Virus record (IMG/VR): IMGVR_UViG_3300035698_004085
Location: 96,001-160,000 of that record
Origin: a virus
Direction: 5' to 3' (one strand)
Length of the DNA stretch: 64,000 nt
Numbering within the stretch: the stretch's first letter is position 1; every line of letters starts with the position of its first letter. Below, in pieces: positions 17,519 to 28,251 of the stretch. The position numbers and the translations under genes were made by a program. A model generated the notes under the pieces. The model worked only from the letters and a program-made list of their open reading frames with translations. It had not been told where the DNA came from and ran no database searches.

Positions 17519-17547
17519 TTGACAATTGATCTAAGCAGTGTTAAGCT
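17519..17547 (+). promoter_or_regulatory. Sigma70-type early promoter
   Basis: TTGACA-N17-TAAGCT. Confidence 0.8.
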
Positions 17548-18139
17548 GTGTTTAGAAGGTTTGGGAAACACTATTGAAAGGAAAAGACAATGTACGGATG
17601 TGGATGCGAAGAATGTAATATCCTGGGAGAATGGTTTTGGCTTCATGACTCTGTTCATGCTAAGGATCTTTACGACATTGACGGTCTAATGTGCTGGTAT
17701 GCTTTTCCAGAGGATGATAAGAAAGAACTTGCACATCAACAAGGCATGCTTAAGGGTTTGGAATTTAGATATAACGAGATCAAAGGAACCAAACATTTTA
17801 AATAAACTTCTTGACAACGCTCCCAAAGTGTAGTAACCTTGTTTTGGCGATTAAGAAAGGTAATTAAGAATGGACATGCGTAAGGAATATAGCGAAAGAG
17901 AACTAGCGTTATTTATCCACTTTGGTTATGAGTACATGATCGATATTGGAACTGATGCACTTCAGCCTGATACGTTTTATCAACTAATGGTTGAAGTAGC
18001 ATTTTTAAACAATATGAAAGGACCTAAGGTAGACTCATTGAGACGTTGTTACTTTGCGCTTAAAAACAGAACATGCTACCGAGGTACTCCTGAGTGGGAC
18101 GCAATGATTAAGCTCAGTAGTTAAGAAAGCTAATTAAGA

Positions 18140-18661
18140 ATGGAAGATTATAAAAAGACTTTTAAAGATTTCTGGAAAGACCTTGTAACGAACGATGATG
18201 GGTCCTTAAACGTGGATCAAATCATGAGAGAGCTGCATGACTACAGTAGGGTTATGGATAATGTCTCCAAAGTGTATATGCACATAACTAATAGGAGCAT
18301 GTCTAAGCCTAATTATTGTTCAGAAGACGTAATTATGGAGTTTGAATCTGTTCAGGAACAGAACTGGGAAAAGTTTTTAAAAGAAGAGATTGAATACCGT
18401 CAGACTGAGTTTGAAGATCTCAACCAAGATTATCTAGATCTTGAGAAGAAGATGCTCAAGGCTAATGGCTGGGTTCCTGAAAAGGGCGATAAGGTTAGGT
18501 TTTGGTTTGACGATGAGAAGTATGAAGGAATCGTTACTTTCATTGAGCGCGCTGGCGGACCTGGAGATGAGGAGTTCGCTATGATTGATTTTGTTAATGA
18601 GGAAGGCGGCGAGGATGGTTGTGTTGTATCTTTTTCTGCAATCATTGAGATACTGGAGTAA
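18140..18661 (+). CDS. Hypothetical phage protein
   Basis: ORF within a tightly packed operon. Confidence 0.55.
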   Translation: MEDYKKTFKDFWKDLVTNDDGSLNVDQIMRELHDYSRVMDNVSKVYMHITNRSMSKPNYCSEDVIMEFESVQEQNWEKFLKEEIEYRQTEFEDLNQDYLDLEKKMLKANGWVPEKGDKVRFWFDDEKYEGIVTFIERAGGPGDEEFAMIDFVNEEGGEDGCVVSFSAIIEILE

Positions 18662-19162
18662 CAGTCATGAATGAATTCAAATGGAAATATAACAAAGAGG
18701 GTAGCTATGACTTGGAAACCACTAAAGATGGTTATAATGCTTCTGTTAAAAGAGGTAACATAGCTTGGTCAGGTACCGTAACTTACCCTGATAAAACTGA
18801 AGGGTTTCTTACAGGTTTGATGTATTTTGAAGACAATGCGCGAAATGGTTGCCAAAATGCAATCTTGGCAGATCGTTGGAGGAAAGACAATGAATAAGGA
18901 TATTAGTGAATACTCAGCAAGAGAGCTTAAAAAGGCGCTGGAGCGTAAAGAGAGGGAGGATAAGAAGATTCCTGCAGAGAAGGCTGAGTTTCATCCATCC
19001 CGCCTTGTGGAAACTATTAGGTTTGCTATGAGAGCGATCGTAGATCAAGGTTACTCAAAAGACCATGAATACTATATTTATGAAGAAGCAATGCAGATGA
19101 TTTATGGTGACGATATTTGGGCGTGGATGCGTGAGAATAACGAGGGTTGTTAAATGAGTTTT

Positions 19163-19248
19163 GCGCGGATGGGGGAATGGTCTACCCAGGAGATTCAAAA
19201 TCTCCCGCCTGTAAGGGCTTGCAAGTTCGAATCTTGTTCCGCGTACCA
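19163..19248 (+). tRNA. tRNA-Leu(CAA)
   Basis: Type II cloverleaf; loop TTCAAAA; A73; encoded CCA. Confidence 0.92.
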
Positions 19249-19249
19249 T

Positions 19250-19324
19250 AGAGAACTAGGCTAATTGGCTTAAGCCACCAGCTTTTGGTGTTGGGTATTC
19301 GGGGTTCAAATCCCCGGTTCTCTA
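19250..19324 (+). tRNA. tRNA-Gln(TTG)
   Basis: Cloverleaf AGAGAAC/GTTCTCT; loop TTTTGGT; T arm CGGGG-TTCAAAT-CCCCG. Confidence 0.8.
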
Positions 19325-19648
19325 ATCAATGAAAGGAAATTATTATGGCAAAAAAGAAACAAGAAGTAAGACTAACCGTTGACTCCATGTACCCTTATGA
19401 TCTAGAAGGGAGCATAGATGACGCTATTGAACATCTTCAAGAGGTTAAAGAAGCTAGCAAAAAGCATACTGATCTTCGGTTAAACTTTGTTCAGACTTGT
19501 GATGACGAGTGGGAGTTTGAAGTTATAGCTTATCGGCTAGAAACTGACAAAGAGTGCGACAAGAGAATCGCCAAAGAGAAAGAGCGAAAAGAACGAGAGG
19601 CTGAGCATAGGCGTCAAGAGTTTCAAAAGCTAAAGAAAGAGTTTGAAA

Positions 19649-20218
19649 ATGAGTAAGCATCAGAAACTCAGCATCTTTATTAGCCTTATTCTCAGGCATA
19701 AGCCAGGAACGGTAGGAATGGCTCTCGATGAGAACGGTTGGGCAGTTGTTGATGACCTTATCCTTGGAGTTAACCTAAACTCTAAACACTTGCTTAACCG
19801 AATGATCCTCAATGAAATTGTTGCTAGTGACGATAAGCAACGGTATTCATTCAACGAGGACCAATCGATGATTAGAGCTAATCAAGGTCACAGCGTTAAT
19901 GTAGACATTAAATTCGAGGAAAAAGATCCTCCAGATATTCTTTATCACGGCACGAACGCTGAAGCTCTTGACTCAATCTATAGAAAAGGTCTTAAGTCAA
20001 TGAAGCGTCATGATGTTCATTTGTCTGCTGATTTCGACGAGTCTTATCGAGTGGCTAATAGGCGTAAGAATAAGTATCCTATTGTTTTGGTGATTGCTGC
20101 TTCTGAAATGAAAGAGAAAGGCTTTGTATTCAATCTTTCCGAGAATAAGGTTTGGCTAACTAAAAAGATTCCCAGTCATTATATTATGGGAATTTATGAT
20201 TTGGAGGATCGGGGATGA
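19649..20218 (+). CDS. kptA: RNA 2'-phosphotransferase (Tpt1/KptA)
   Basis: SLILRH.P, DKQRY, IRANQGHS, LYHGT, VHLS, N.VWL. Confidence 0.92.
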   Translation: MSKHQKLSIFISLILRHKPGTVGMALDENGWAVVDDLILGVNLNSKHLLNRMILNEIVASDDKQRYSFNEDQSMIRANQGHSVNVDIKFEEKDPPDILYHGTNAEALDSIYRKGLKSMKRHDVHLSADFDESYRVANRRKNKYPIVLVIAASEMKEKGFVFNLSENKVWLTKKIPSHYIMGIYDLEDRG

Positions 20219-20676
20219 AGAACTCTAACCCTCTTCAACATGTTATAGACTATGCAACCAAAGCTCATGAAGGACAAACGGATAAAGCTGGACAACCTTA
20301 CATTAGACACCCGTTAAGGGTGGCTAGGCGCTGTTCACTATTTGGAGACGACATTGCTAAGGTAGCTTTGCTTCATGACGTTGTAGAGGACACTGAGAAG
20401 ACCTTAAAGCAGGTTGTTAAAGATATGGAGCTTACTAAAGCCGAAAAGAAGGCTTTGGACGCTATTACAAAGAGGGATAAAGAGGAGTATACTAAATATC
20501 TTTCAAGGGTTTCGAATAGTAAGATTGCTTGGCTGGTAAAGATTTATGATCTGGAAGATAATATGAGCGATGAGCGAATGTCTCAGCTTCCAGAAGACGT
20601 CCAAGAGAGACTTTTGAAGAAGTATAATTTTGCTTTAAAGACTTTGGCTCTAGGATCTTGGATGAAGAATGAGTAG
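20215..20676 (+). CDS. HD-domain protein, RelA/SpoT hydrolase (small alarmone hydrolase)-like
   Basis: AH.GQTDKAGQPYI.HP, ALLHDVVEDT, VK..D..DN. Confidence 0.85.
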   Translation: MKNSNPLQHVIDYATKAHEGQTDKAGQPYIRHPLRVARRCSLFGDDIAKVALLHDVVEDTEKTLKQVVKDMELTKAEKKALDAITKRDKEEYTKYLSRVSNSKIAWLVKIYDLEDNMSDERMSQLPEDVQERLLKKYNFALKTLALGSWMKNE

Positions 20677-20716
20677 CTAAGTAAGTTTTTGTAGCACATG
20701 TAGTATATTATTGTGC

Positions 20717-21166
20717 ATGAGCAAAAAATGTAATAGGTGTAAAGAAACGTTTGAAGCAGAGTTATTCCCAGTCAGGGTTAAAAGAGGTAAAAAGACGTTA
20801 GGTCCTTACTGCAAGATTTGTGAAAGGGAATATCAAAATGAGCATTATCACAAGCACAAGGAGAGAAATCGAGAATTAAGAAGGAAAAGCGTTAAAGCTA
20901 TAAGAATAAGAAATAAGCAGTACTTATGGGGTGCTAAGGAAGCTCAAGGCTGTATAGACTGTGGAGAGTCAGAGCCTATTATCTTAGAGGGTCATCATAC
21001 TGGAGACGGAAAGATAAATCACTTATCGGATATGGCTAACGATTGCGTATCTATAGAAACTCTTCAAGCGGAGATTGATAAGTGTGTTATGTTGTGCGCT
21101 AATTGTCACAGAAAAAGAACAGCTAAAGAGAAAAACTGGCATAAGGACATAAAGAAAAATGAGTGA
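20717..21166 (+). CDS. HNH-like Zn-finger endonuclease
   Basis: CxxC..CKIC; C.DCG..EGHH..EIDKC..LCANCHR. Confidence 0.75.
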   Translation: MSKKCNRCKETFEAELFPVRVKRGKKTLGPYCKICEREYQNEHYHKHKERNRELRRKSVKAIRIRNKQYLWGAKEAQGCIDCGESEPIILEGHHTGDGKINHLSDMANDCVSIETLQAEIDKCVMLCANCHRKRTAKEKNWHKDIKKNE

Positions 21167-21834
21167 ATTAGACGAAAAAGAAGCTGAAGAGTATATGGAT
21201 TACGCTTCAATGGGGTTTAATACATGGTTTTATATGTTGCCTTATGACGACTTCTCTTTAGACTATGATAACGCTACTCCAGTTTACTGGAGCGTGGAGA
21301 CTGGTGAATGGCTTTAGTATATTATATTCCTTTTTTGTTAACGGTTAGTGTTATGCTTTGGTTTTGTTTATACGGAAAGATGAAGACAGATGAAAAAGAT
21401 ACTAGGGATTGAATCAACTTTCTATATTCCTTTTTGGTCAGAAGACAACTTTTTGGCCAAACTTGAGACTTGGCCAGAGTATCTTGGCATAAGAGAAGTT
21501 GAAACCGTTACAGTAAGACCCTGGCTCTTCTTTAGTTCCTTTACTATTATTGTTTGGGGTGATGCCTCAGCGATTAACCGGTTTACTAATTATATGAGAA
21601 ACGGAGAGTAATCATGGAAAAGGTATTCTATCCTACAGCAGAAGACTATCAAGATCTGGAAGATTTTATGATGGAAGGATTTTCAGAGATAACTATTAAA
21701 GATTTGGTTAAGCCTTTTATGCTTGAAGGTCCTGTTTATCCTCCTTATTCAGCCGTATGTTAAAGAACCTGAAGATATTACTCCAATTATTACTTGGAAG
21801 ACTCCGAGAAATACGACTTATTAATATTAAAAAC

Positions 21835-21863
21835 TTGACAATCCTTATTAAAGGTGTTAAGAT
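21835..21863 (+). promoter_or_regulatory. Sigma70-type promoter for tRNA-Ile
   Basis: TTGACA-N17-TAAGAT. Confidence 0.75.
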
Positions 21864-21878
21864 CTTGATAATTAAGAC

Positions 21879-21949
21879 AGACTAGTAGCTCAACGGTAGA
21901 GCGCGTGCCTTATAAGCGCGTGACGGCGGTTCAATTCCTCCCTAGTCTA
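21879..21949 (+). tRNA. tRNA-Ile(TAT)
   Basis: Cloverleaf AGACTAG/CTAGTCT; loop CTTATAA; A73; one T-stem mismatch. Confidence 0.8.
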
Positions 21950-21950
21950 A

Positions 21951-22067
21951 GCAACGAACCTCTAAAGCCTCTCTAAAGAAGCTCAAACCAGACCTGAATT
22001 AACAGGTATCACTGTTAGGACGCTAACGGAGTGAGGTCATTTTAAAGTGCTTGGGCGGCACGGTTGC
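21951..22067 (+). ncRNA. Orphan structured RNA co-transcribed with tRNA-Ile
   Basis: GCAAC/GTTGC closing; ACCTG/CAGGT; TCACT-GTTAG/CTAAC-AGTGA. Confidence 0.45.
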
Positions 22068-22122
22068 CCCAATGTTTGGCGAGTTTTTACCTTTCGCGCC
22101 AGATGTTGGGGCATTTTTATTT
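22066..22122 (+). terminator. Intrinsic terminator
   Basis: GCCCCAATGTTTGGCG/CGCCAGATGTTGGGGC followed by a T tract. Confidence 0.65.
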
Positions 22123-22171
22123 AAGCTTTAAACTCTAAATCACAAATTCTTAAACTATTCAATAAATTCTC

Positions 22172-22200
22172 TTGACAAACCCTTTCCCGCGTGTTAAGCT
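22172..22200 (+). promoter_or_regulatory. Sigma70-type early promoter
   Basis: TTGACA-N17-TAAGCT. Confidence 0.8.
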
Positions 22201-22534
22201 TGGTTTAACAAATGGAGGAACGAAATGCTAGACGAGATAGTAGACCAAGAGCCAATCTATGATGCAAGAGCTTTTTCAGAGATTAAGAAGAGGTGGGATC
22301 AAGCAACTTATGAAGACGCTAGGGATATGATTCACACTGATAGAATTGTTGTGACTATTCCTGGAGTAACTTATAGAGAGTTCTACAAACATGCTCTGGA
22401 CAAGGGGTATCATAGTGTTAGCCTCTCATTTCAATTTAACATCATGAAAGTTGGCGAGCACAAAACGCCAGGATTTCATGAGCTAGTAGACAATTGGTTG
22501 AAAGAAAACCCAAAAGACTAAGAAAGGATCTAAA

Positions 22535-22648
22535 ATGAGCACAAGTTACAAGAAGCGCAAGAAGGCACGTCAACAGGATAATGCTTCTAAAAAGCACGAC
22601 AGAAATCGTAGGCGCAATCGTCTTAAGAAGTACAACCTAAAAGGATGA
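22535..22648 (+). CDS. 37-aa Lys/Arg-rich peptide
   Basis: AAGGA RBS; MSTSYKKRKKARQQDNASKKHDRNRRRNRLKKYNLKG. Confidence 0.55.
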   Translation: MSTSYKKRKKARQQDNASKKHDRNRRRNRLKKYNLKG

Positions 22649-22652
22649 GACA

Positions 22653-23168
22653 ATGACTAGAGACAAAGAGGTGCTAACTAAAGAAGAGAGCATTGCGAGA
22701 AGTAACGCAAAATATCAGCAACGCACAGACAAAGCTGCTGAGAAGAAAGCGAGAGATCTAGAGAATTCCCACTTGCTTGAGGAAATGGGCTATGAAATTG
22801 TTTACTGGCATCAAATGATTGATCATAGTGAAGACTATCCTGTTATTGATTTTGGTACAGTTTCGTTAGCTTATAAGGTTCACGTACTTACCAATACTTT
22901 TATGGTCTTTTATACAATTAGATCTACCAAGGACTACTTCTCGCGTCCAGTTGCTCGTGAGGAGCTTGCTAGAGGGGTTGAGCAGGGAGCATATGAGGCT
23001 GACAATGGGTTTACCTTCATAGCTGACCAAATGAATTCTAACATTGCTGAGGAGTATTTGGTTAAGCTTTACTTTGCTCAGTTTGTTATGGATAATAAAG
23101 CATTCTTTCCCCCTAAATTTGTCAAGGGGTTTTTGAAATGTCGTGAACTTTATGGGATGGTTAACTAA
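22653..23168 (+). CDS. Hypothetical phage protein
   Basis: ORF with RBS. Confidence 0.55.
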   Translation: MTRDKEVLTKEESIARSNAKYQQRTDKAAEKKARDLENSHLLEEMGYEIVYWHQMIDHSEDYPVIDFGTVSLAYKVHVLTNTFMVFYTIRSTKDYFSRPVAREELARGVEQGAYEADNGFTFIADQMNSNIAEEYLVKLYFAQFVMDNKAFFPPKFVKGFLKCRELYGMVN

Positions 23169-23179
23169 GGAGGAATAAA

Positions 23180-23386
23180 ATGACTAACGTAGCAGTAAAC
23201 AAGGATCTAGAAGCTAAGACAGGACTCAAAATGAGATCTCGTAAATTCCCATGTAAGGGTGGTGGCTGCAGACACCATGAAAGCGGTTGATATTTGTATT
23301 ACAGTGAGACTGACTATCAAATGATTTTTGAGTGTGAACCTAACCCTTGTCAGAAGTTTGGGAGAAAGAGTTATTCTAATGTATAA
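23180..23386 (+). pseudogene. Cys-paired ORF interrupted by an in-frame TGA (23288-23290)
   Basis: AGGAGG RBS; frame continues 31 codons to a TAA overlapping the next ATG. Confidence 0.4.
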
Positions 23387-24780
23387 GAACTACTACAACT
23401 TTTCTTCGTATCAGCATTATACGGCAGATACCTCTTCTCTAGAACGGTTGCTTGGTCCAGATCATAAAAAAATTATAAACGAAGGTGCTAAAGCGTTTTT
23501 AAATCCTAATAAGGAGGAAACTATGTCTGAAAATGAAATTGTATTTTGGGACTGTGATGAGGCGCAAGAGTATCTGACTCATACTAAAATGGACAACGCC
23601 GTTGAATATCACCTTGATGCCCTTGATAATCTCCCTTTGGGTGAGGTTATCAACGTCTTCGGGTTTAAGAAAGAGCGCTTAAGCCCTGAAAATGAACTAG
23701 GACTTGTAGGGGTTTTTGGGGTTCTTGAGTCTTTTCTGGATAACTTAGATGCTAATTATGGAGGAGAAGATTCGGCTGGACCTACGCCTAAGATGATTCA
23801 AGCCGAAAAAGTCTTTATTGAAGCAGTATTAGCTGAATATGAAGTGTGGCGATGCTATTGGAGCGATACTGAAAGGATTGATGTTACAGAATGGGTTACA
23901 AAGAATAGACCTAATTGGCTTGAGCATGAATAGATATTGGGTAAGTTGGTGGAGCGGCAATTACGTAGAAGAGGGTTGTACAGAACCTCCGTTTATGTAT
24001 TGGGTGTCTGGTCAACGTGATAGAGGAGACACTGAGGAGACTGAGAGAGATGAGTGCTCAATTTGCGCTGTGGTTGATTCAGAGTCTAAAGACTCTGTTT
24101 GGGAATTGATAGCTATTCATTTTCCAGATTATGAAGAACGCTTTTGCACATTAAAGCCAAATGACTATGTTCCTGGCAATAGGTTTCCAAAGGAGTGAAA
24201 GATGCTTGAGACTATAATTCTAGGGATTTGGCTTGTTGGAATGTATTGTGTTTGTACGTCTTATGGTGAGCCTGAGTATGAGCTTTCAGAGTATGGAAAA
24301 TATTGGGAAAGAATTATGTGATTTTACTTGACATTTCTGTTGAAGTAGGTTAAGATGGGTTTAGAAAGAGAGTTGTAGAATGGAATGTCCAATTTGTAAT
24401 GAAGAACTTGTTTATCAGGATTACTATGGAAGGGTCTTTGCTCGTCAAGATAGTAAAAAGAAGGGTGATATTTTCAAGTGTCCTAATGGAGTATCTCAAG
24501 ACGGATCATGCGATTCAAGCATGTTCTTTGTAGCAGGAGCTTTCTATACGGATGAAACTGGAGAACTTTACGAGGGTTATCCTTGTTAACGGAGAAGAAT
24601 GATGAGTGATTTTACTAAAGGGTCTGTTATGGTTTCAAAAGAGTTGTGTGATAAGCTAATTGCCTCAGAAAGAATTAGAGCCAATAACTTAGAAGACAAG
24701 GTAAGAAGTCTTGAAGAACGGAACCAGAAACTAACTAAGTCGGTAAGTGTCCTTACAAAGTACATCAAGGAGAATGGAGA

Positions 24781-25869
24781 ATGCTAGAAACATTATATTC
24801 AAAAGGCAAGAAAGAAGAGATCAGAGTTTGGCGAGTCTGGACAGAAGGAGCTTCAATTCTTTCTGAGCATGGAACTTTAGAAGGCAAGATGCAAATTGAC
24901 GAGAAGATTGCTAAACCTAAGAACGTTGGTAGAGCTAATGAAACGACTCCTGCTCAGCAAGCGGTGAGCCAAGCTGAGTCAATGTGGAAGAAGAAACTTG
25001 ATAAGGGATATTTCCCAAGTATTGAAGAGGCTAAGACTACTAAGGTTTTCTTGCCAATGCTTGCTTCCAAGTTTGAGGATAAGAAGCACAACCTTACTTA
25101 CCCTTGTGATGTTCAACCCAAATTGGACGGAGTAAGGTGCTTGGCATTCTGGGAGGGAGACAAGGTTAAACTGCTTTCAAGAGGAGGCAAGGAGTATAAC
25201 GTTCCTCACCTCAAGAAAGAGCTTGAGAGAGTGTTGACCGATAAAACTCAAGTATTGGATGGAGAGATTTACATTCATGGTGCTTCCCTTCAAGAGGTTA
25301 ATCGTCTTGTCAAGAAGAATCGACCAGAATCTGTAAACCTTCAATATTGGATCTATGATACTTTTTTGATTGACGGAGAAGTTGAGTGGTGGCATACTCG
25401 CTTGTCCGATTTAGAAATGTTCTTTGAGAATTATGAAGGAAGTATATTAGAGCAAACGACAACAACTACAGCACAAGATGAAGCACGAGTTTATGAGCTT
25501 CAAGGGATTTACGTTGAGGCAGGATTTGAGGGAGCTATTGTTAGAGAAGGATCTGCCCCGTATGCTTTGGGCAATCGTTCTTCTAAGCTTCTAAAGGTTA
25601 AGTCGTTCAAGGATGAGGAATTCCCCATTGTCGGATTTGGGGAAGGTGAGGGAAGATTTGAAAGCTGCGTTATCTGGGTTTGCCAAACTCCAGAGGGCAA
25701 AACGTTTAAAGTAGTGCCAAAGGGAACTATTGAACAAAAGAAGAAATGGTTTAGCGAAGCCGAGAAATATATTGACCAGTATCTGAAGGTCAAATTCTTT
25801 TCGTACACAGAGGATAACCTCCCTCAGTTCCCTGTAGGGCTAGACATTAGGCTTGAGGAGGATATGTAA
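24781..25869 (+). CDS. ATP-dependent DNA ligase
   Basis: PMLA, QPKLDGVRC, LDGEIY, GFEGAIVR, LLKVK, PQFPVG. Confidence 0.92.
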   Translation: MLETLYSKGKKEEIRVWRVWTEGASILSEHGTLEGKMQIDEKIAKPKNVGRANETTPAQQAVSQAESMWKKKLDKGYFPSIEEAKTTKVFLPMLASKFEDKKHNLTYPCDVQPKLDGVRCLAFWEGDKVKLLSRGGKEYNVPHLKKELERVLTDKTQVLDGEIYIHGASLQEVNRLVKKNRPESVNLQYWIYDTFLIDGEVEWWHTRLSDLEMFFENYEGSILEQTTTTTAQDEARVYELQGIYVEAGFEGAIVREGSAPYALGNRSSKLLKVKSFKDEEFPIVGFGEGEGRFESCVIWVCQTPEGKTFKVVPKGTIEQKKKWFSEAEKYIDQYLKVKFFSYTEDNLPQFPVGLDIRLEEDM

Positions 25870-26378
25870 TGTCTCCTGAATACTTTATGCTTTTGTGGCT
25901 ACTTTTAAGTTTATGCACTACTCCTCTTGCTATGCTAACTGCTTACAAAATGGATTCTTATGCAGATGGAGGCTATCCCCCTGGGAACATTATAAGGGTT
26001 AAAGACGTTGCATATGCCTTTATGTGCTGCCTCGTAACGGGTCCTATCGCTCTAATTCTTTGCTCGATGGTCTGGTTCAGTTGGGGTTTATGGTATTTAT
26101 TCTCAAAAATACCTAAGGATAACTCTGTATTTAAGTTCTTTAATGTGAAAATAATCGAGAAACGCTGAAAGGATATGTAAAATGGGAAATAAGACTTGTA
26201 AGGCTCTAATCGTTGGATCACACAGATACGTTGATAGGCTCTCTATCAGAAATCACGAAGGGCATGATCTAAGACCGGCATTAAGCGAAGCAGGATTCAA
26301 GGAGGAAGAAAAGGTTGTAATTATTACTCAAGAAGAGTATGACTATCTCCTTCTCCAGGAAGCACAAGGACCTTCAGC

Positions 26379-26900
26379 ATGATTGATCCTCCCAATAGGC
26401 TGACTAAAGATACTATGTTCATGAGTCTCGCTTATCTTACAGCGATGCGCTCGCCTGACGATTCTACAAAGATTGGTGCAGTAGTAGTAGGTCCTGATGA
26501 TGAGGTACGCTCAATGGGCTATAACGGGCTTCCTAGAGGATGTGATGACTTTGATAGTAACCGGCATGAAAAGCCTGAGAAATACTATTGGTTTGAGCAT
26601 TCTGAGAGAAATAGTATATATGCCGCAGCAAGAATGGGAACGCCGTTAAAAGGCTGTAGAATGTATACTCAGGATGTTCCTTGTGCTGATTGTGCAAGGG
26701 CTATTATTCAATCTGGGATAGTAGAGGTTATCGTTCATGAGCAATTTAGCGAGTTTCAAGATAATAATAAATGGGTAGAAAGCAAGTTAAGAACCTTGAC
26801 AATGTTTGACGAATGTGGTATAAGCCTGAGAGAATGGGTAGGCGAGATACCTCAAATGTATGGTAGGAAGAATAACCAGTTTGTTTTTGGAGATGACTAA
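26379..26900 (+). CDS. dCMP deaminase
   Basis: RSPD..TKIGAV, GYNG.PRG, HSERN, PCADCARAIIQSGI. Confidence 0.9.
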   Translation: MIDPPNRLTKDTMFMSLAYLTAMRSPDDSTKIGAVVVGPDDEVRSMGYNGLPRGCDDFDSNRHEKPEKYYWFEHSERNSIYAAARMGTPLKGCRMYTQDVPCADCARAIIQSGIVEVIVHEQFSEFQDNNKWVESKLRTLTMFDECGISLREWVGEIPQMYGRKNNQFVFGDD

Positions 26901-27561
26901 ATGACTTTTATAACGATATTAATGTGGTGGGGAATTCTTGGGTTAATAGGATCACTGTCTTGGGCAGCATTGTCTATTTATGTACAGAGAAAATTTATGT
27001 TTGTCGATTTCTTAATAGCCTTAGTCCTTCTCTCTTCAGGACCTTTAGGAGTTGTTAGTATGATCTGTTCTAGTACCAAAACAGTAATTCAGCATTTTAA
27101 TAAGAAAAGGGAGAAGAGTAAATGATTTATATTATGTGTTTACTAATTAGCGTTAGTGTAGCGGGAGTTGTCTTAGCAATCAAAGCAAAAGACTATTCTC
27201 CAGAGGCAAACGCTGCGTTAGGAGTTGTTGTAGTGTCTAGCATTATCTTGTTTTTCTGTTCTCTGGCGTTTATTTCTAATTATCGAAACAGCGTTAAAAC
27301 AGTACAAGAGAATAAAGCTACTCAACAAACCCTTGACAAATCCAGGGCCAAAGGTTTCACCCAAGAAGCGGAAAGGGTGGAGGCGATTGGCAGGATCATT
27401 GACCATAACAGTAAGTTAGCGACTGCTCAGTACTGGAATAATAATTGGTTCTTTGACTCCATGATTGACGATACTGTTGACAAAATTAAGCCTGTTGAGT
27501 AGTTCGTCAACGGTTCGCTAACTCCTTTTTAATTTATTTTCAAACTTTCTTTACATTTTTG

Positions 27562-27590
27562 TTGACAACGCTTTTTGTTGGTGTTAAGCT
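27562..27590 (+). promoter_or_regulatory. Sigma70-type early promoter
   Basis: TTGACA-N17-TAAGCT. Confidence 0.8.
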
Positions 27591-28251
27591 TTATTCAGGA
27601 CAGGGAAACCACAAACAACGGGAGAATCAAAATGAAAAACTCAAAAGTCAAACAATGGTTCTGTATTGGTTGTGATGATGGTCCTTGTCTCAGAAAAGCG
27701 GAGCATCAGCCTTGTGACATACAGTGTCCTTACGCTGAAACCAATAGTCATGAGTGCTCTTGGCAAGAAGTTCCTAAAGGTAAGACTGCCCAACAAGCGG
27801 TGAATAACGCTTTTCATAAGAAATTCGATGAAAGGATAAACATCCCAGAGGAATCTATTAAGTTTATACGAGATGATGAGTGCCTAAGGTGTGGTGGAAC
27901 CGTTGTTTCAGGAGATGAAGCACATCAAGGGTACGACGGCTATCCTTATTGCGAAGACTGTGGAGAGGTTTAAAAATGGCTAACGTAAGTAAATGTGAAT
28001 GTGGTCGTAGGAAGTCTAACTTCTTGAGCAGGTGTAACTCTTGCCAAAAGGTTTGGGACGATGAGCGTATTTCCCAAGCTTTGGCAATAGTTGAGAAAGG
28101 TGTTTGCCCAGAATGCGGTCAAGGGCTTAAGAGAAACCTATCTATTGCCGGTTGGTGGCAATGTAAGCAATTTGGTGCTGAAGGCTTTAGAATCGACGCT
28201 AACAAGCCTTCTTGTAGCTTTCAAACGTTTACTGTTTAAAGGAGAATCAAA

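Noticed and set aside
20677-20709. Late promoters before 20717 and 53904 (AGTATATT)
   Set aside because: The -10-like box is present but there is no YYYTAA at 20-21 nt, so they were not counted
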